From positions 1 to 31,242 of the IMG/VR virus record IMGVR_UViG_3300020043_000581: a DNA stretch of 31,242 nt. One strand, given 5' to 3'. This DNA comes from a virus. Taxonomy: Duplodnaviria; Caudoviricetes. The position numbers and the translations under genes are program-made. The notes under the pieces were generated by a model, which saw nothing but the letters and a program-made list of their open reading frames with translations, did not search any database and had not been told where the DNA came from. Shown here piece after piece: positions 1-7,747 of the stretch; position 1 is the stretch's first letter, and the number at the start of each line of letters is the position of its first letter.

Positions 1-121
1 CGACCGACACGGTCACACCTGAAACACCGAAAGGATTGTTTCACAAGCTTCATTCAGCGAAGCAACACATCGGAAAGGTAGCGAAGAACGCAACGAATCC
101 ACATTTTAAGAAAACATACGC
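1..121. repeat. Terminal direct repeat, copy 1 (121 bp; circular-assembly overlap)
   Basis: Identical to 31122-31242. It lies inside a coding sequence, as expected for an assembler k-mer overlap. Confidence 0.95.
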
Positions 122-551
122 TGACATTAACGCGTTGCTTGAAACGGTTGAACCTATTTTACTTGAAAACGGTTTGATTCTTTTACAACCAGTCAAAGCG
201 AATCTTGTCTTCACGCAAATCATTGACATCGATTCAGGCGAATCAATTGAATCATGTATGGAAATTCCAGCTACAATTGTTGATCCACAAAAAACGCTCG
301 CTTGTATCACTTATTTTCGTCGTGGAACGCTTCAATCGCTGTTGTCGCTTCAGTCAATCGACGACGACGGGAACGAAGCTTCAGGGAAAGGAACAATCAC
401 AACGTTCACGAATTCGAAGAATGAAAAACCAACCATTGACGAAGAACGATTCAAGAACGCTTTGAAGGCAATCGCTGACGGCAAGTTCACAATCGATAAA
501 TTGAAAGCGACTTATTCGTTGACACCTGAACAAATCAATCAATTGAAATGA
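1..551 (+). CDS. ERF-family single-strand annealing protein (3' part; true start ATG 31103 across the junction)
   Basis: KNATNPHFKKTYADI, ITYFRRGTL and DDDGN match ERF motifs. In frame with MATTRKTTDTVTPETPKG from 31103. Confidence 0.85.
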   Translation, partial: TDTVTPETPKGLFHKLHSAKQHIGKVAKNATNPHFKKTYADINALLETVEPILLENGLILLQPVKANLVFTQIIDIDSGESIESCMEIPATIVDPQKTLACITYFRRGTLQSLLSLQSIDDDGNEASGKGTITTFTNSKNEKPTIDEERFKNALKAIADGKFTIDKLKATYSLTPEQINQLK

Positions 552-751
552 AAGAAATGACCGCGGAACAACGCGCAAAGTATTTGTTTGAATTGTTTGA
601 TTTCATCGAATACGATTCGAAGGTGAAGACATTCATGACAAGGAAATCATGCGCGTTGATTCTGGTTCAAGAATTAATGAAGGACGTTGACATCAAATCG
701 CGTGACTTCATTTATTGGTCAAATGTTAAACTTTATTTATTAGAATTATGA
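548..751 (+). CDS. Hypothetical phage protein
   Basis: 67 aa with ATGA overlaps on both neighbours. Confidence 0.7.
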   Translation: MKEMTAEQRAKYLFELFDFIEYDSKVKTFMTRKSCALILVQELMKDVDIKSRDFIYWSNVKLYLLEL

Positions 752-1368
752 AATGGCGTGCTTCACAAATTGGTAAACTCATGACAACGTCCCGGTCGAA
801 AACGGATGTCTTGTCACAAACGGCGAAAAGTTACATTAATCAAATCGCGAAACAAGATTTTTATGGTTATGAATCACCGATAATTAATCGGTACTTGGAC
901 AAAGGAACGAATCAAGAACTTGAATCCATTCAGCTTTTGAACGCGGTTCGGTTCGAAGATTTCCACAAGAACGCGGTTCGCAAAACAAACGACTTCATGA
1001 CTGGTGAATGTGACATTGTCACCGTGTCATCAATCATTGACATCAAAACAAGCTGGTCGCTTGACACGTTCCCGGAATTGCCTGAAGAAATCGATTCGAA
1101 AGATTACGAATGGCAAGGTCGCGCGTACATGTATCTTTACGATAAACCTGAATTTGAACTTGTTTATTGCATGGTTTCAACGTGGGACGAATTCTTGACA
1201 CAATACGATGACAAAGCGCTTCACAAAGTTGACCACATCGATCCAGCGAAGCGAATCACTTCGATGTTGTTTGAACGTGACCTTGAACTTGAACAACAAA
1301 TGATTGAACGTTGTCAACTGGCGACCGAATACTATCTGGAACGAATATCTAAATTGAATAACAAATGA
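748..1368 (+). CDS. YqaJ/lambda-exonuclease-like PD-(D/E)XK exonuclease
   Basis: RASQIGKLM, GECD...IIDIK and YEWQGRAYM motifs; lies next to the ERF gene. Confidence 0.8.
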   Translation: MKWRASQIGKLMTTSRSKTDVLSQTAKSYINQIAKQDFYGYESPIINRYLDKGTNQELESIQLLNAVRFEDFHKNAVRKTNDFMTGECDIVTVSSIIDIKTSWSLDTFPELPEEIDSKDYEWQGRAYMYLYDKPEFELVYCMVSTWDEFLTQYDDKALHKVDHIDPAKRITSMLFERDLELEQQMIERCQLATEYYLERISKLNNK

Positions 1369-1544
1369 AGAAATTTTTCATTCTGGAATGTCATTCCGAA
1401 GAACTTGACACCGCGTTTTTCATTACTGAATATCTAAACAAACTTGGTCATGATTACACGATTTCGGTGACCAGCAATGAAGGTCAATTCGATTTGAAAT
1501 CGGTGTCGATTGATGAATTCAAAACATTTAATAATATACAATAA
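1365..1544 (+). CDS. Small hypothetical protein (59 aa, MKKFFILECH...), not in ORF track
   Basis: Translated by hand. ATGA-coupled to the exonuclease and ends 1 nt before the next ATG. Confidence 0.65.
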   Translation: MKKFFILECHSEELDTAFFITEYLNKLGHDYTISVTSNEGQFDLKSVSIDEFKTFNNIQ

Positions 1545-1545
1545 C

Positions 1546-1755
1546 ATGAAACAAACCGCAACAAATTACTTAATCGAACAGCTTTCATTGAAAACAATGG
1601 CTGAACACATGCCGTGGGTGGCAAAAATTCTTGACACCGCGATTGAAATGGAACACGAACAAATCGCTGAAGCTTATGAACATGGCGAATTTAATCAAGG
1701 GTGCAATGGTGACGCGAAACGATACTATATTGAAACTTATGAAAGCAACGCTTGA
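1546..1755 (+). CDS. Small hypothetical protein (MKQTATNYLIEQ...)
   Basis: ATG 1546 follows the previous stop; MKQTA...EQIAEAY pattern of small phage proteins. Confidence 0.7.
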   Translation: MKQTATNYLIEQLSLKTMAEHMPWVAKILDTAIEMEHEQIAEAYEHGEFNQGCNGDAKRYYIETYESNA

Positions 1756-1960
1756 ATTCAACCTACCAGACGAAGACGCGGAATTCTATTGCGCGACGAA
1801 AGGAACGGCGATGTTGAACGCGTTGTTTGAAATCAATTCCGAACTTCGCAAGCTTTGGAAATACGAAGAACTGAACGAAGACGAATGGAACATGGTTGAA
1901 CGAATCCGGGAACAATTCTTCGACATCCTTCGGGAAAATGAAATCAATCTGGACAAATGA
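1739..1960 (+). CDS. Small hypothetical protein (MKATLEFNLPDE...)
   Basis: Internal ATG 1739 of track ORF 1631..1960 gives tight gene packing. Confidence 0.7.
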   Translation: MKATLEFNLPDEDAEFYCATKGTAMLNALFEINSELRKLWKYEELNEDEWNMVERIREQFFDILRENEINLDK

Positions 1961-2205
1961 AATACGCAATCATTTTCACGTCCGCGGTCATTCTTGAAAT
2001 ATCTTCGACATTTTACATTCGATTTGTCGCGGACAAGAACACGATCGGAATGATTGTCTTCGCTTTCATCGCGCCATTCTTGTCACTGGCTTTTGCTGGT
2101 TACATGGTTGAAAGCAAACAATGGAATGAACGAATCAAAATGGCTTTTTCGCTGGCGTTCGGTTACGTCGTCGGCGCGTTAATAGTAATAACTTTAATAC
2201 AATAA
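1957..2205 (+). CDS. Small membrane protein
   Basis: Three hydrophobic segments; ATGA overlap. Confidence 0.65.
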   Translation: MKYAIIFTSAVILEISSTFYIRFVADKNTIGMIVFAFIAPFLSLAFAGYMVESKQWNERIKMAFSLAFGYVVGALIVITLIQ

Positions 2206-2207
2206 AT

Positions 2208-2546
2208 ATGAACAAAGAAAAAGGGACGGTTGTCAACGTGACGCCATTACAAACAATTTCGGACAAATTCCGAAAACAAGATTTCACAATCAAAACGTTT
2301 GATGAAAAATTTCCACAATTTTTGACCTTTCAAGTGGTCAATGACAAATGTGACCTTGTCGCAAACTTAAACGCTGGCGATGTTGTCGAAGTGAATTACA
2401 ATCTTCGTGGTCGTCAATGGAATTCACCTGAAGGTGTGACGAAGTATTTCAACACGGTCGAAGCTTGGTCAATCAATCTTTCAGGCGAACCAGTACAAAC
2501 AAAACAAACACCAGCAAATGAAGACGATGACGATTTACCTTTCTAA
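2208..2546 (+). CDS. Single-stranded DNA-binding protein, DUF3127-like OB fold
   Basis: FRKQDF, NLRGRQW and YFNTVEAW motifs with an acidic DDDDLPF C-terminal tip. Confidence 0.85.
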   Translation: MNKEKGTVVNVTPLQTISDKFRKQDFTIKTFDEKFPQFLTFQVVNDKCDLVANLNAGDVVEVNYNLRGRQWNSPEGVTKYFNTVEAWSINLSGEPVQTKQTPANEDDDDLPF

Positions 2547-2727
2547 CGACAAGAACGTCGTTGACTGGATGCGAACAATGACAACTTCGAAACTGAATAA
2601 GCGTTACAACATGAAACACTTGTCCGAAGATATGAAGGTCAATTACTCGATGTTGTATCGTTTCATGAAGGGAAAACCAGTCGGACAAGATTTTTTTGTC
2701 GCTTGGTTTAATTATTTTGTAATTTAG
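2518..2727 (+). CDS. Small putative HTH DNA-binding protein
   Basis: MKHLSEDMKVNYSMLYRFMKG resembles an XRE-type HTH. Confidence 0.5.
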   Translation: MKTMTIYLSNDKNVVDWMRTMTTSKLNKRYNMKHLSEDMKVNYSMLYRFMKGKPVGQDFFVAWFNYFVI

Positions 2728-2731
2728 TCAC
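2720..2731 (+). promoter_or_regulatory. Putative host-sigma -7 element TAATTTAG, 4 nt before the sigma-factor ATG
   Basis: One mismatch from the Bacteroidota TAnnTTTG. The context TAATTTAGTC(A/G)CATGGAA recurs at 18799. Confidence 0.5.
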
Positions 2732-3205
2732 ATGGAATTTTGGAAAGATGAAGCGTATCAAATTGCTCGGAAAATTACTTCGAATCACGAACTTCATGCG
2801 GATTTGGTTGGTCATGTTTTTATTCTCATGCACCGCTTTGACTTTCATCTTTCCGACATTCCAGCTGTTTTCGCTCGCTTCGCGTTCAATCAATGGACGT
2901 GGCAAAGGTCGGAATTCTGGCGACTGTACCGAAGCGACGGCGAAGCAATCAACGACGTGATTGATTCACATGATTCACCTTCGAATAACGAATTCAGCGA
3001 AATGCTTGACGCTTATCTTCATTCAAACCATGGTGATCCATTCATCAAGGAAATCACAAAAATGCACCTTTGTGGAATGACATTCAGGGACATCAAGGAA
3101 CTGACTGGAATTTCACTTGACACAATTCATAAAACAATAAAACAATTCAAAAATGATTTACACGATTATAGCGGTAGCGATCGCACGGGCGTTGATGTCC
3201 TTTGA
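2732..3205 (+). CDS. Phage sigma70/ECF-like sigma factor (late transcription)
   Basis: Region-2-like HADLVGHVFI and region-4 HTH MTFRDIKELTGISLDTIHKTIKQFK; lies upstream of the late genes. Confidence 0.7.
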   Translation: MEFWKDEAYQIARKITSNHELHADLVGHVFILMHRFDFHLSDIPAVFARFAFNQWTWQRSEFWRLYRSDGEAINDVIDSHDSPSNNEFSEMLDAYLHSNHGDPFIKEITKMHLCGMTFRDIKELTGISLDTIHKTIKQFKNDLHDYSGSDRTGVDVL

Positions 3206-3356
3206 TTTACCGAATACAAAACCATTCAATTGTCAATCATGCTTGTCATTCTGGACGGCGCTGGCGATTTATCTTATCACCGATTGGTCAATGATTCCAT
3301 TCGCGTTCGTTGCCTATCTTATTTCGGACTTAATTTTGATATATGAATATAAGTAA
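3153..3356 (+). CDS. Small membrane protein with CxxC (KPFNCQSCLSFW)
   Basis: Hydrophobic segments flank the CxxC motif. Confidence 0.65.
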   Translation: MIYTIIAVAIARALMSFDLPNTKPFNCQSCLSFWTALAIYLITDWSMIPFAFVAYLISDLILIYEYK

Positions 3357-3726
3357 CTCACTTCGAATCCAGCTTGAAAACTTCGGACGACACCGATATG
3401 CGAATCTGGATGACACCTTGAAAGAAGAACTTGCGGTTCATTACAAAGCACTTGGTTGCGGTAAACTGAACAAAGCTTGCGCAACGTGTGTTCGAATCGC
3501 AATGGACAAGCTGAACCAAAACAAAGACAAGATTCGTCCAGCTGTCCGTCAAGAAAACAACGAACGTCACATGAACGAACAACCGCCGAAGCTTCACTTT
3601 GTCGGCACGAAACAAAAGACGTTCGGTGAACTTCGACGTGAAGCGCTTGAACTTGGATTCAAAGGAACAAGAAAAACAACACGACAAGACATTGAAGAAT
3701 GGTTGACATCCACGAAACAGCAATAA
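3343..3726 (+). CDS. Hypothetical protein with CxxC (CGKLNKACATC)
   Basis: 127-aa ORF packed between neighbours. Confidence 0.65.
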   Translation: MNISNSLRIQLENFGRHRYANLDDTLKEELAVHYKALGCGKLNKACATCVRIAMDKLNQNKDKIRPAVRQENNERHMNEQPPKLHFVGTKQKTFGELRREALELGFKGTRKTTRQDIEEWLTSTKQQ

Positions 3727-4178
3727 TTTATCCGGGCGTCACGATTGGTCACAACGTCACAATCGGTGCTTATTGCATAATAGGCGCACCAGCGGAATCA
3801 AAGAAACACGACGGTCATGGATTCGGCGTGGTGATCGGTAACAATGTGACGATTCACGGTCACGCAACAATCGACGCTGGATCGGAACGTCCGACAATCA
3901 TTGACGACGGCGCTTATATCATGAAGACCGTTCACATCGGACACGACGCAATCATTCACAAGGACGTGACGATTTCACCGCACGCGGTCATCGGTGGCTT
4001 CGTTGAAATACACGAACAAACAAACATCGGAATGAACGCAACAATTCACCAGCGCGTGACGATACCTTCAAAGTGTATGGTCGGAATGTCTTCGGTGATC
4101 ACGAAGAAAACACACCTTGAATCGAACACCGTTCTGGTCGGGAATCCAGCACGAATAACACGAAGCAATAACAAATGA
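3699..4178 (+). CDS. Hexapeptide-repeat (left-handed beta-helix) acyltransferase, LpxA-like
   Basis: [IV]G/[IV]H hexapeptide repeats, VHIGHDA, IHQR and GNPAR; no LpxA C-terminal helical domain. Confidence 0.85.
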   Translation: MVDIHETAIIYPGVTIGHNVTIGAYCIIGAPAESKKHDGHGFGVVIGNNVTIHGHATIDAGSERPTIIDDGAYIMKTVHIGHDAIIHKDVTISPHAVIGGFVEIHEQTNIGMNATIHQRVTIPSKCMVGMSSVITKKTHLESNTVLVGNPARITRSNNK

Positions 4179-4828
4179 AAATAATCACCGTCACCGCAAT
4201 GCACGGTCGACATAACACGGTCGCCGAATGTATTGAACGAATGCCGTTCATCGATAAAGTTTATATTTACTCAAACGACGAAGACGAACGATTCCTTCAG
4301 GAACAAGACATTTTCGCAATGGCGAAATATCGAAACAATCCATTAAGCTACAAATGGAACATGGCAATTCGAACGCTTGAACAAATCGATTTCGACGCGG
4401 TCATTTTGCTTGGTTCGGATGACTACATTGACGAAGCGTTCCTTCGTTACGTTGAACGAACGATTCCTGACTTCGACATGATCGGATTCAAAGACATTTA
4501 TTTCCAGCACGACGGTTCGCTTTATTATTGGAAAGGTTACACAAACAATCGACAAGGTGAACCGTGTGGTGCTGGCAAAGTATATTCACGAAAATTCCTT
4601 GAATGTATCAACTGGAACTTATTTGACGTGGCGCGTGATCGTGGACTTGACAAGATTTCATGGCAACGTGTCAAACAAGCGAACGCAAAGGTTCATGTAA
4701 CTTCGCTCAAACAAAACGGTCTTTTGTTGGTTGACATCAAAGACGGCGAAGGAATGACACCGTTTAATAAATTCAAAGGACTGGAACGAATCACGAACCG
4801 TTCGGGAATTCCGAACAAGATTACATAA
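4175..4828 (+). CDS. Glycosyltransferase, GT-A fold (GT2-like)
   Basis: N-terminal IITVTAMHGR strand, KWN, LLGSDDYI (DxD equivalent), GAG and GLD. Confidence 0.75.
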   Translation: MKIITVTAMHGRHNTVAECIERMPFIDKVYIYSNDEDERFLQEQDIFAMAKYRNNPLSYKWNMAIRTLEQIDFDAVILLGSDDYIDEAFLRYVERTIPDFDMIGFKDIYFQHDGSLYYWKGYTNNRQGEPCGAGKVYSRKFLECINWNLFDVARDRGLDKISWQRVKQANAKVHVTSLKQNGLLLVDIKDGEGMTPFNKFKGLERITNRSGIPNKIT

Positions 4829-4830
4829 TA
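4812..4830 (+). promoter_or_regulatory. Putative late promoter motif, copy 1 (CGAACAAGATTACATAATA)
   Basis: One of four near-identical 19-mers; 19 nt before the terS ATG. Confidence 0.75.
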
Positions 4831-4849
4831 AAGGGGAACTTATATTCTT

Positions 4850-5257
4850 ATGGCAAACAAACACCGCAACATCGACAAAGATGAATTGCTTGAAATGGCT
4901 TATCGCTATTGTGATTATTGTATCGCTTCGACAAAGGAAATCGCGACGAATTCAGGCGTGAAGCAAGTGAAGGAACGTCACATTCCGACCGTGTCTTATT
5001 TTCTTTTGCACTGGCTTCGACGGGAACACTTTGATTTCTACACTCGTGGCAATTGGTACGTTGCTTTGAAAGATGAATCACATCCATTGTTTGACACTAT
5101 AAAAGGTATTGACGAATTGTTCAATTCACTGGCGCGTGACATCGTGGCGAATGAAGGCAAGGGAATTTTCTACGCAAAGAACAAACTGGGAATGCACGAC
5201 CGACAACAAGTCGAAACGCGCACCGTGGACAAGTTCGATTTCGATGTCAACGATTAA
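4850..5257 (+). CDS. terS: Terminase small subunit
   Basis: Directly upstream of terL; PTVSYF and GIFYAKNKLGMHDRQ resemble gp3-type packaging proteins. Confidence 0.7.
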   Translation: MANKHRNIDKDELLEMAYRYCDYCIASTKEIATNSGVKQVKERHIPTVSYFLLHWLRREHFDFYTRGNWYVALKDESHPLFDTIKGIDELFNSLARDIVANEGKGIFYAKNKLGMHDRQQVETRTVDKFDFDVND

Positions 5258-6446
5258 AGGTTACCGACCACACAAACACCAGCTTGAAATTCATCAAGCA
5301 ATCAACCAAGGCAAAGAAAAGTATTTCGCTTTGAACATCGGACGCCAGTTCGGTAAAACAATGCTTGGAATCAACCAGCTTTTGTATTGGGCAATCAATG
5401 ACCGTGGTTGCACGATTGCTTGGGTGACACCAGTTTACAAACAAGGAAAGAAGGTGTTCGCTGAACTTGAACGCGCCGTGTCGAAGTCGGGGTTGTTTGA
5501 ATTCAACAAATCCGATTTGAGAATCACCGGGTTCGGTTCATCCATTGAATTCTTTTCAGGTGAACGACCAGACAACATTCGTGGAAATACATTCGATTAC
5601 ATGGTGGTCGATGAATTCGCGTTCACGCGTCCTGAACTTTGGGACGAAGTATTGTCCGCGACGGTCTTGGTCAAAGGAAAGAAGGTCATCTTCATTTCAA
5701 CACCGAAAGGAAAGAATCATTTTCACCGGGTGTGTCTTCAACAAAACTACGACGACCGTTATCGTTATTTCCATTTCACAAGCTTCGACAATCCGATGAT
5801 TGATCCGAAGGAACTCGAAGAACGAAAGCGGTCATTGCCTGATCATGTGTTCCGTCAAGAATACCTTGCGGAATTCCTTGACAACGCTGGTGGATTGTTC
5901 AAAGGTGTGTCGTCTTGTATCGGTCAAGGTGAACGAACACAACGAATGTATGGTGGTCTTGACATCGGTCGCGCTGACGATTACACGGTGTTGACAATCC
6001 TGAACGAACATGGTCACATGGTTCATGTCGAACGATGGCGACACGATGACTGGTCGCGAATCATTGACAAGGTGGCGAACTTGATTCGAAGCTTCAACGC
6101 AATCACCACGGTCGAAGTCAACAATCAAGGTGATGTCTTCTTTGAAATGCTTCACAACACGTTGCGCAACAAGGTCGTTCCATTCGTGACGACATCGAAG
6201 TCGAAACCAGTGTTGATTGAAGACCTTGCGTTGTCATTCGAACAACAAGCGATTCGTGTCAACGATGTGAAATGGTTGCTTGACGAACTTGAAAGTTTTA
6301 CTTATATTTACAATCCGAAAACACGAGGTGTTCAATATAGCGCACCGACTGGACTTCACGACGACGGTGTCATGTCACTGGCGCTTGCGTGGAATTCTTT
6401 GAAGAACAACAAGTCAAAAGGGAAATACAATTCAATGCGATTATGA
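5244..6446 (+). CDS. terL: Terminase large subunit
   Basis: Walker A GRQFGKT, Walker B VVDE, motif III STP, nuclease GLDIG and HDDGVMSLAL. Probable start ATG 5244. Confidence 0.95.
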   Translation: MSTIKGYRPHKHQLEIHQAINQGKEKYFALNIGRQFGKTMLGINQLLYWAINDRGCTIAWVTPVYKQGKKVFAELERAVSKSGLFEFNKSDLRITGFGSSIEFFSGERPDNIRGNTFDYMVVDEFAFTRPELWDEVLSATVLVKGKKVIFISTPKGKNHFHRVCLQQNYDDRYRYFHFTSFDNPMIDPKELEERKRSLPDHVFRQEYLAEFLDNAGGLFKGVSSCIGQGERTQRMYGGLDIGRADDYTVLTILNEHGHMVHVERWRHDDWSRIIDKVANLIRSFNAITTVEVNNQGDVFFEMLHNTLRNKVVPFVTTSKSKPVLIEDLALSFEQQAIRVNDVKWLLDELESFTYIYNPKTRGVQYSAPTGLHDDGVMSLALAWNSLKNNKSKGKYNSMRL

Positions 6447-7147
6447 AAATAAAACTACCAGCGTCAATTCACGAATGTAAACCAGACCAGCTTGTCAAAT
6501 GGTTGATGTTAGCTGAAGTCATCAAGGAAAAGCAAAACGATGAATTGTTTCAAATGCTTGACTTTCAATGTCAATTGATTTCAATCTTTTCAGGACTGAA
6601 GGTGAACAAGGTCAAACAACTTGCAATCGAAGACGTTCAACGATTATCTGGTCACATTACACGAATTCTTGCGAATTATTCCTATTCCGAACCGCTTGGT
6701 GAAGTGACGGTCAATGGTCAACGTTACGTCTTTGAAAAAGATTTCCGTTTGATTTCCACGGGACAAATCATTGACTTGAAACTAATCGACGACGTCGCAA
6801 GTGATCCAGTTCAAGCGCTTGCGATTTGTTACATTGAAGAAGGGTTCGAGTATTGTCAAGAAGATGACCGTGGTCGTGTGTTGAATCCAAACGAAAAGCG
6901 TTACAAAGTTTTCAAGGAACAATTCGACGGTGCGGAATTCATGAACTTCTTTGGTTTTTTTTTGCGCGAATCAAAGAAGCGGAACGACGCTATATTAGCG
7001 ATCCAGACGATACGGACAATGATGAATCAACGGAACGCAATGGAGAAGCTCAAGACCATGAATGGTTCACGTGGACAAGAATCTTACAACGACTTGGACA
7101 AGAACTTGGAACGACTATTGACGCAATCACTAAACAACCGTACGTGA
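6443..7147 (+). CDS. Tail assembly chaperone (gpG-like, unshifted product)
   Basis: ATGA-coupled to terL; contains a T9 slippery run at 6955-6963. Confidence 0.65.
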   Translation: MKIKLPASIHECKPDQLVKWLMLAEVIKEKQNDELFQMLDFQCQLISIFSGLKVNKVKQLAIEDVQRLSGHITRILANYSYSEPLGEVTVNGQRYVFEKDFRLISTGQIIDLKLIDDVASDPVQALAICYIEEGFEYCQEDDRGRVLNPNEKRYKVFKEQFDGAEFMNFFGFFLRESKKRNDAILAIQTIRTMMNQRNAMEKLKTMNGSRGQESYNDLDKNLERLLTQSLNNRT

Positions 7148-7233
7148 AGACATTGTTCTGGATGAATTACTTGAAATTGAAAGACGAACAAGATTACATA
7201 TTAAGTAAACAACAATCTTCGCGCCATGGCTGA
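6961..7233 (+). CDS. -1 frameshift extension of the tail chaperone (gpGT-like)
   Basis: The -1 frame is open for 90 codons after the T9 run (FARIKEAERR...EWFTWTRIL...ITKQPYVKTLFWMNYLKLKDE...), has no early start codon of its own and fills the gap to the next gene. Confidence 0.75.
   Translation, partial: FARIKEAERRYISDPDDTDNDESTERNGEAQDHEWFTWTRILQRLGQELGTTIDAITKQPYVKTLFWMNYLKLKDEQDYILSKQQSSRHG
7185..7203 (+). promoter_or_regulatory. Putative late promoter motif, copy 2 (CGAACAAGATTACATATTA)
   Basis: 22 nt before ATG 7226. Confidence 0.75.
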
Positions 7234-7747
7234 CTTTGATTTCCTTGAAGAATTCGGGGTGTCGGTTGCTGAAGCTGAACAACCACAAAGCGTTTACGAA
7301 AAATTTATTCTCACGGTAGGGAATCAAGTCACGTCTGACCTTCGTGAATACATTCAGCAAAACGCAATGAACACTGGCGCGCTTGCGCAATCGGTTGTTT
7401 ACTTTCCGACTGGCGCGTTGTCGTTTGAAATACAAGCTGACGATTATTATAAGTTCGTTGATCAAGGTGTGAACGGAATCGCGGTCAATCATGCAAGCGC
7501 TTTTTCATTTCAATATCCGGGCGTGTCTTATAACATGGCAAAGGCGATTCAGGAATGGAAAGGACTTGAAATGTCACACGCGTTTGCGGTTGCTTCAAAC
7601 ATCAAGCAAGGTGGACTTCGACCGAAGCACATAACGGATTCGGTGATCACGGATGAATTGCTTGAAAAGATTTCGAACGATTTGGCTGAAGTCACTGGAT
7701 TGACGTTTGAAATTAAATTCGAAAAGACAACGAAAACATGGCAATAA
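7226..7747 (+). CDS. Putative neck/tail completion protein
   Basis: NTGALAQSV, YYKFVDQGV and GLRPKH resemble HK97 gp10-like proteins; structural context. Confidence 0.5.
   Translation: MADFDFLEEFGVSVAEAEQPQSVYEKFILTVGNQVTSDLREYIQQNAMNTGALAQSVVYFPTGALSFEIQADDYYKFVDQGVNGIAVNHASAFSFQYPGVSYNMAKAIQEWKGLEMSHAFAVASNIKQGGLRPKHITDSVITDELLEKISNDLAEVTGLTFEIKFEKTTKTWQ

Noticed and set aside
1-121. Biological terminal repeat or att site
   Set aside because: It is an exact duplication inside a gene with a length typical of assembler k-mers; best read as a circularisation overlap.
731-755. Third Fur-like box (TATTAGAATTATGAAAT) at the exonuclease start
   Set aside because: Only one half-site matches; likely chance in AT-rich sequence.
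2725-2727. Stop-codon reassignment (TAG recoding) suggested by TAG rarity
   Set aside because: Genes are intact and densely packed in the standard code, TAG ends ORF 2518..2727, and CTA is also rare.
3699-4178. Calling the acyltransferase lpxA (lipid A synthesis)
   Set aside because: Only 159 aa, lacks the C-terminal helical domain and one conserved His position; the substrate cannot be assigned.
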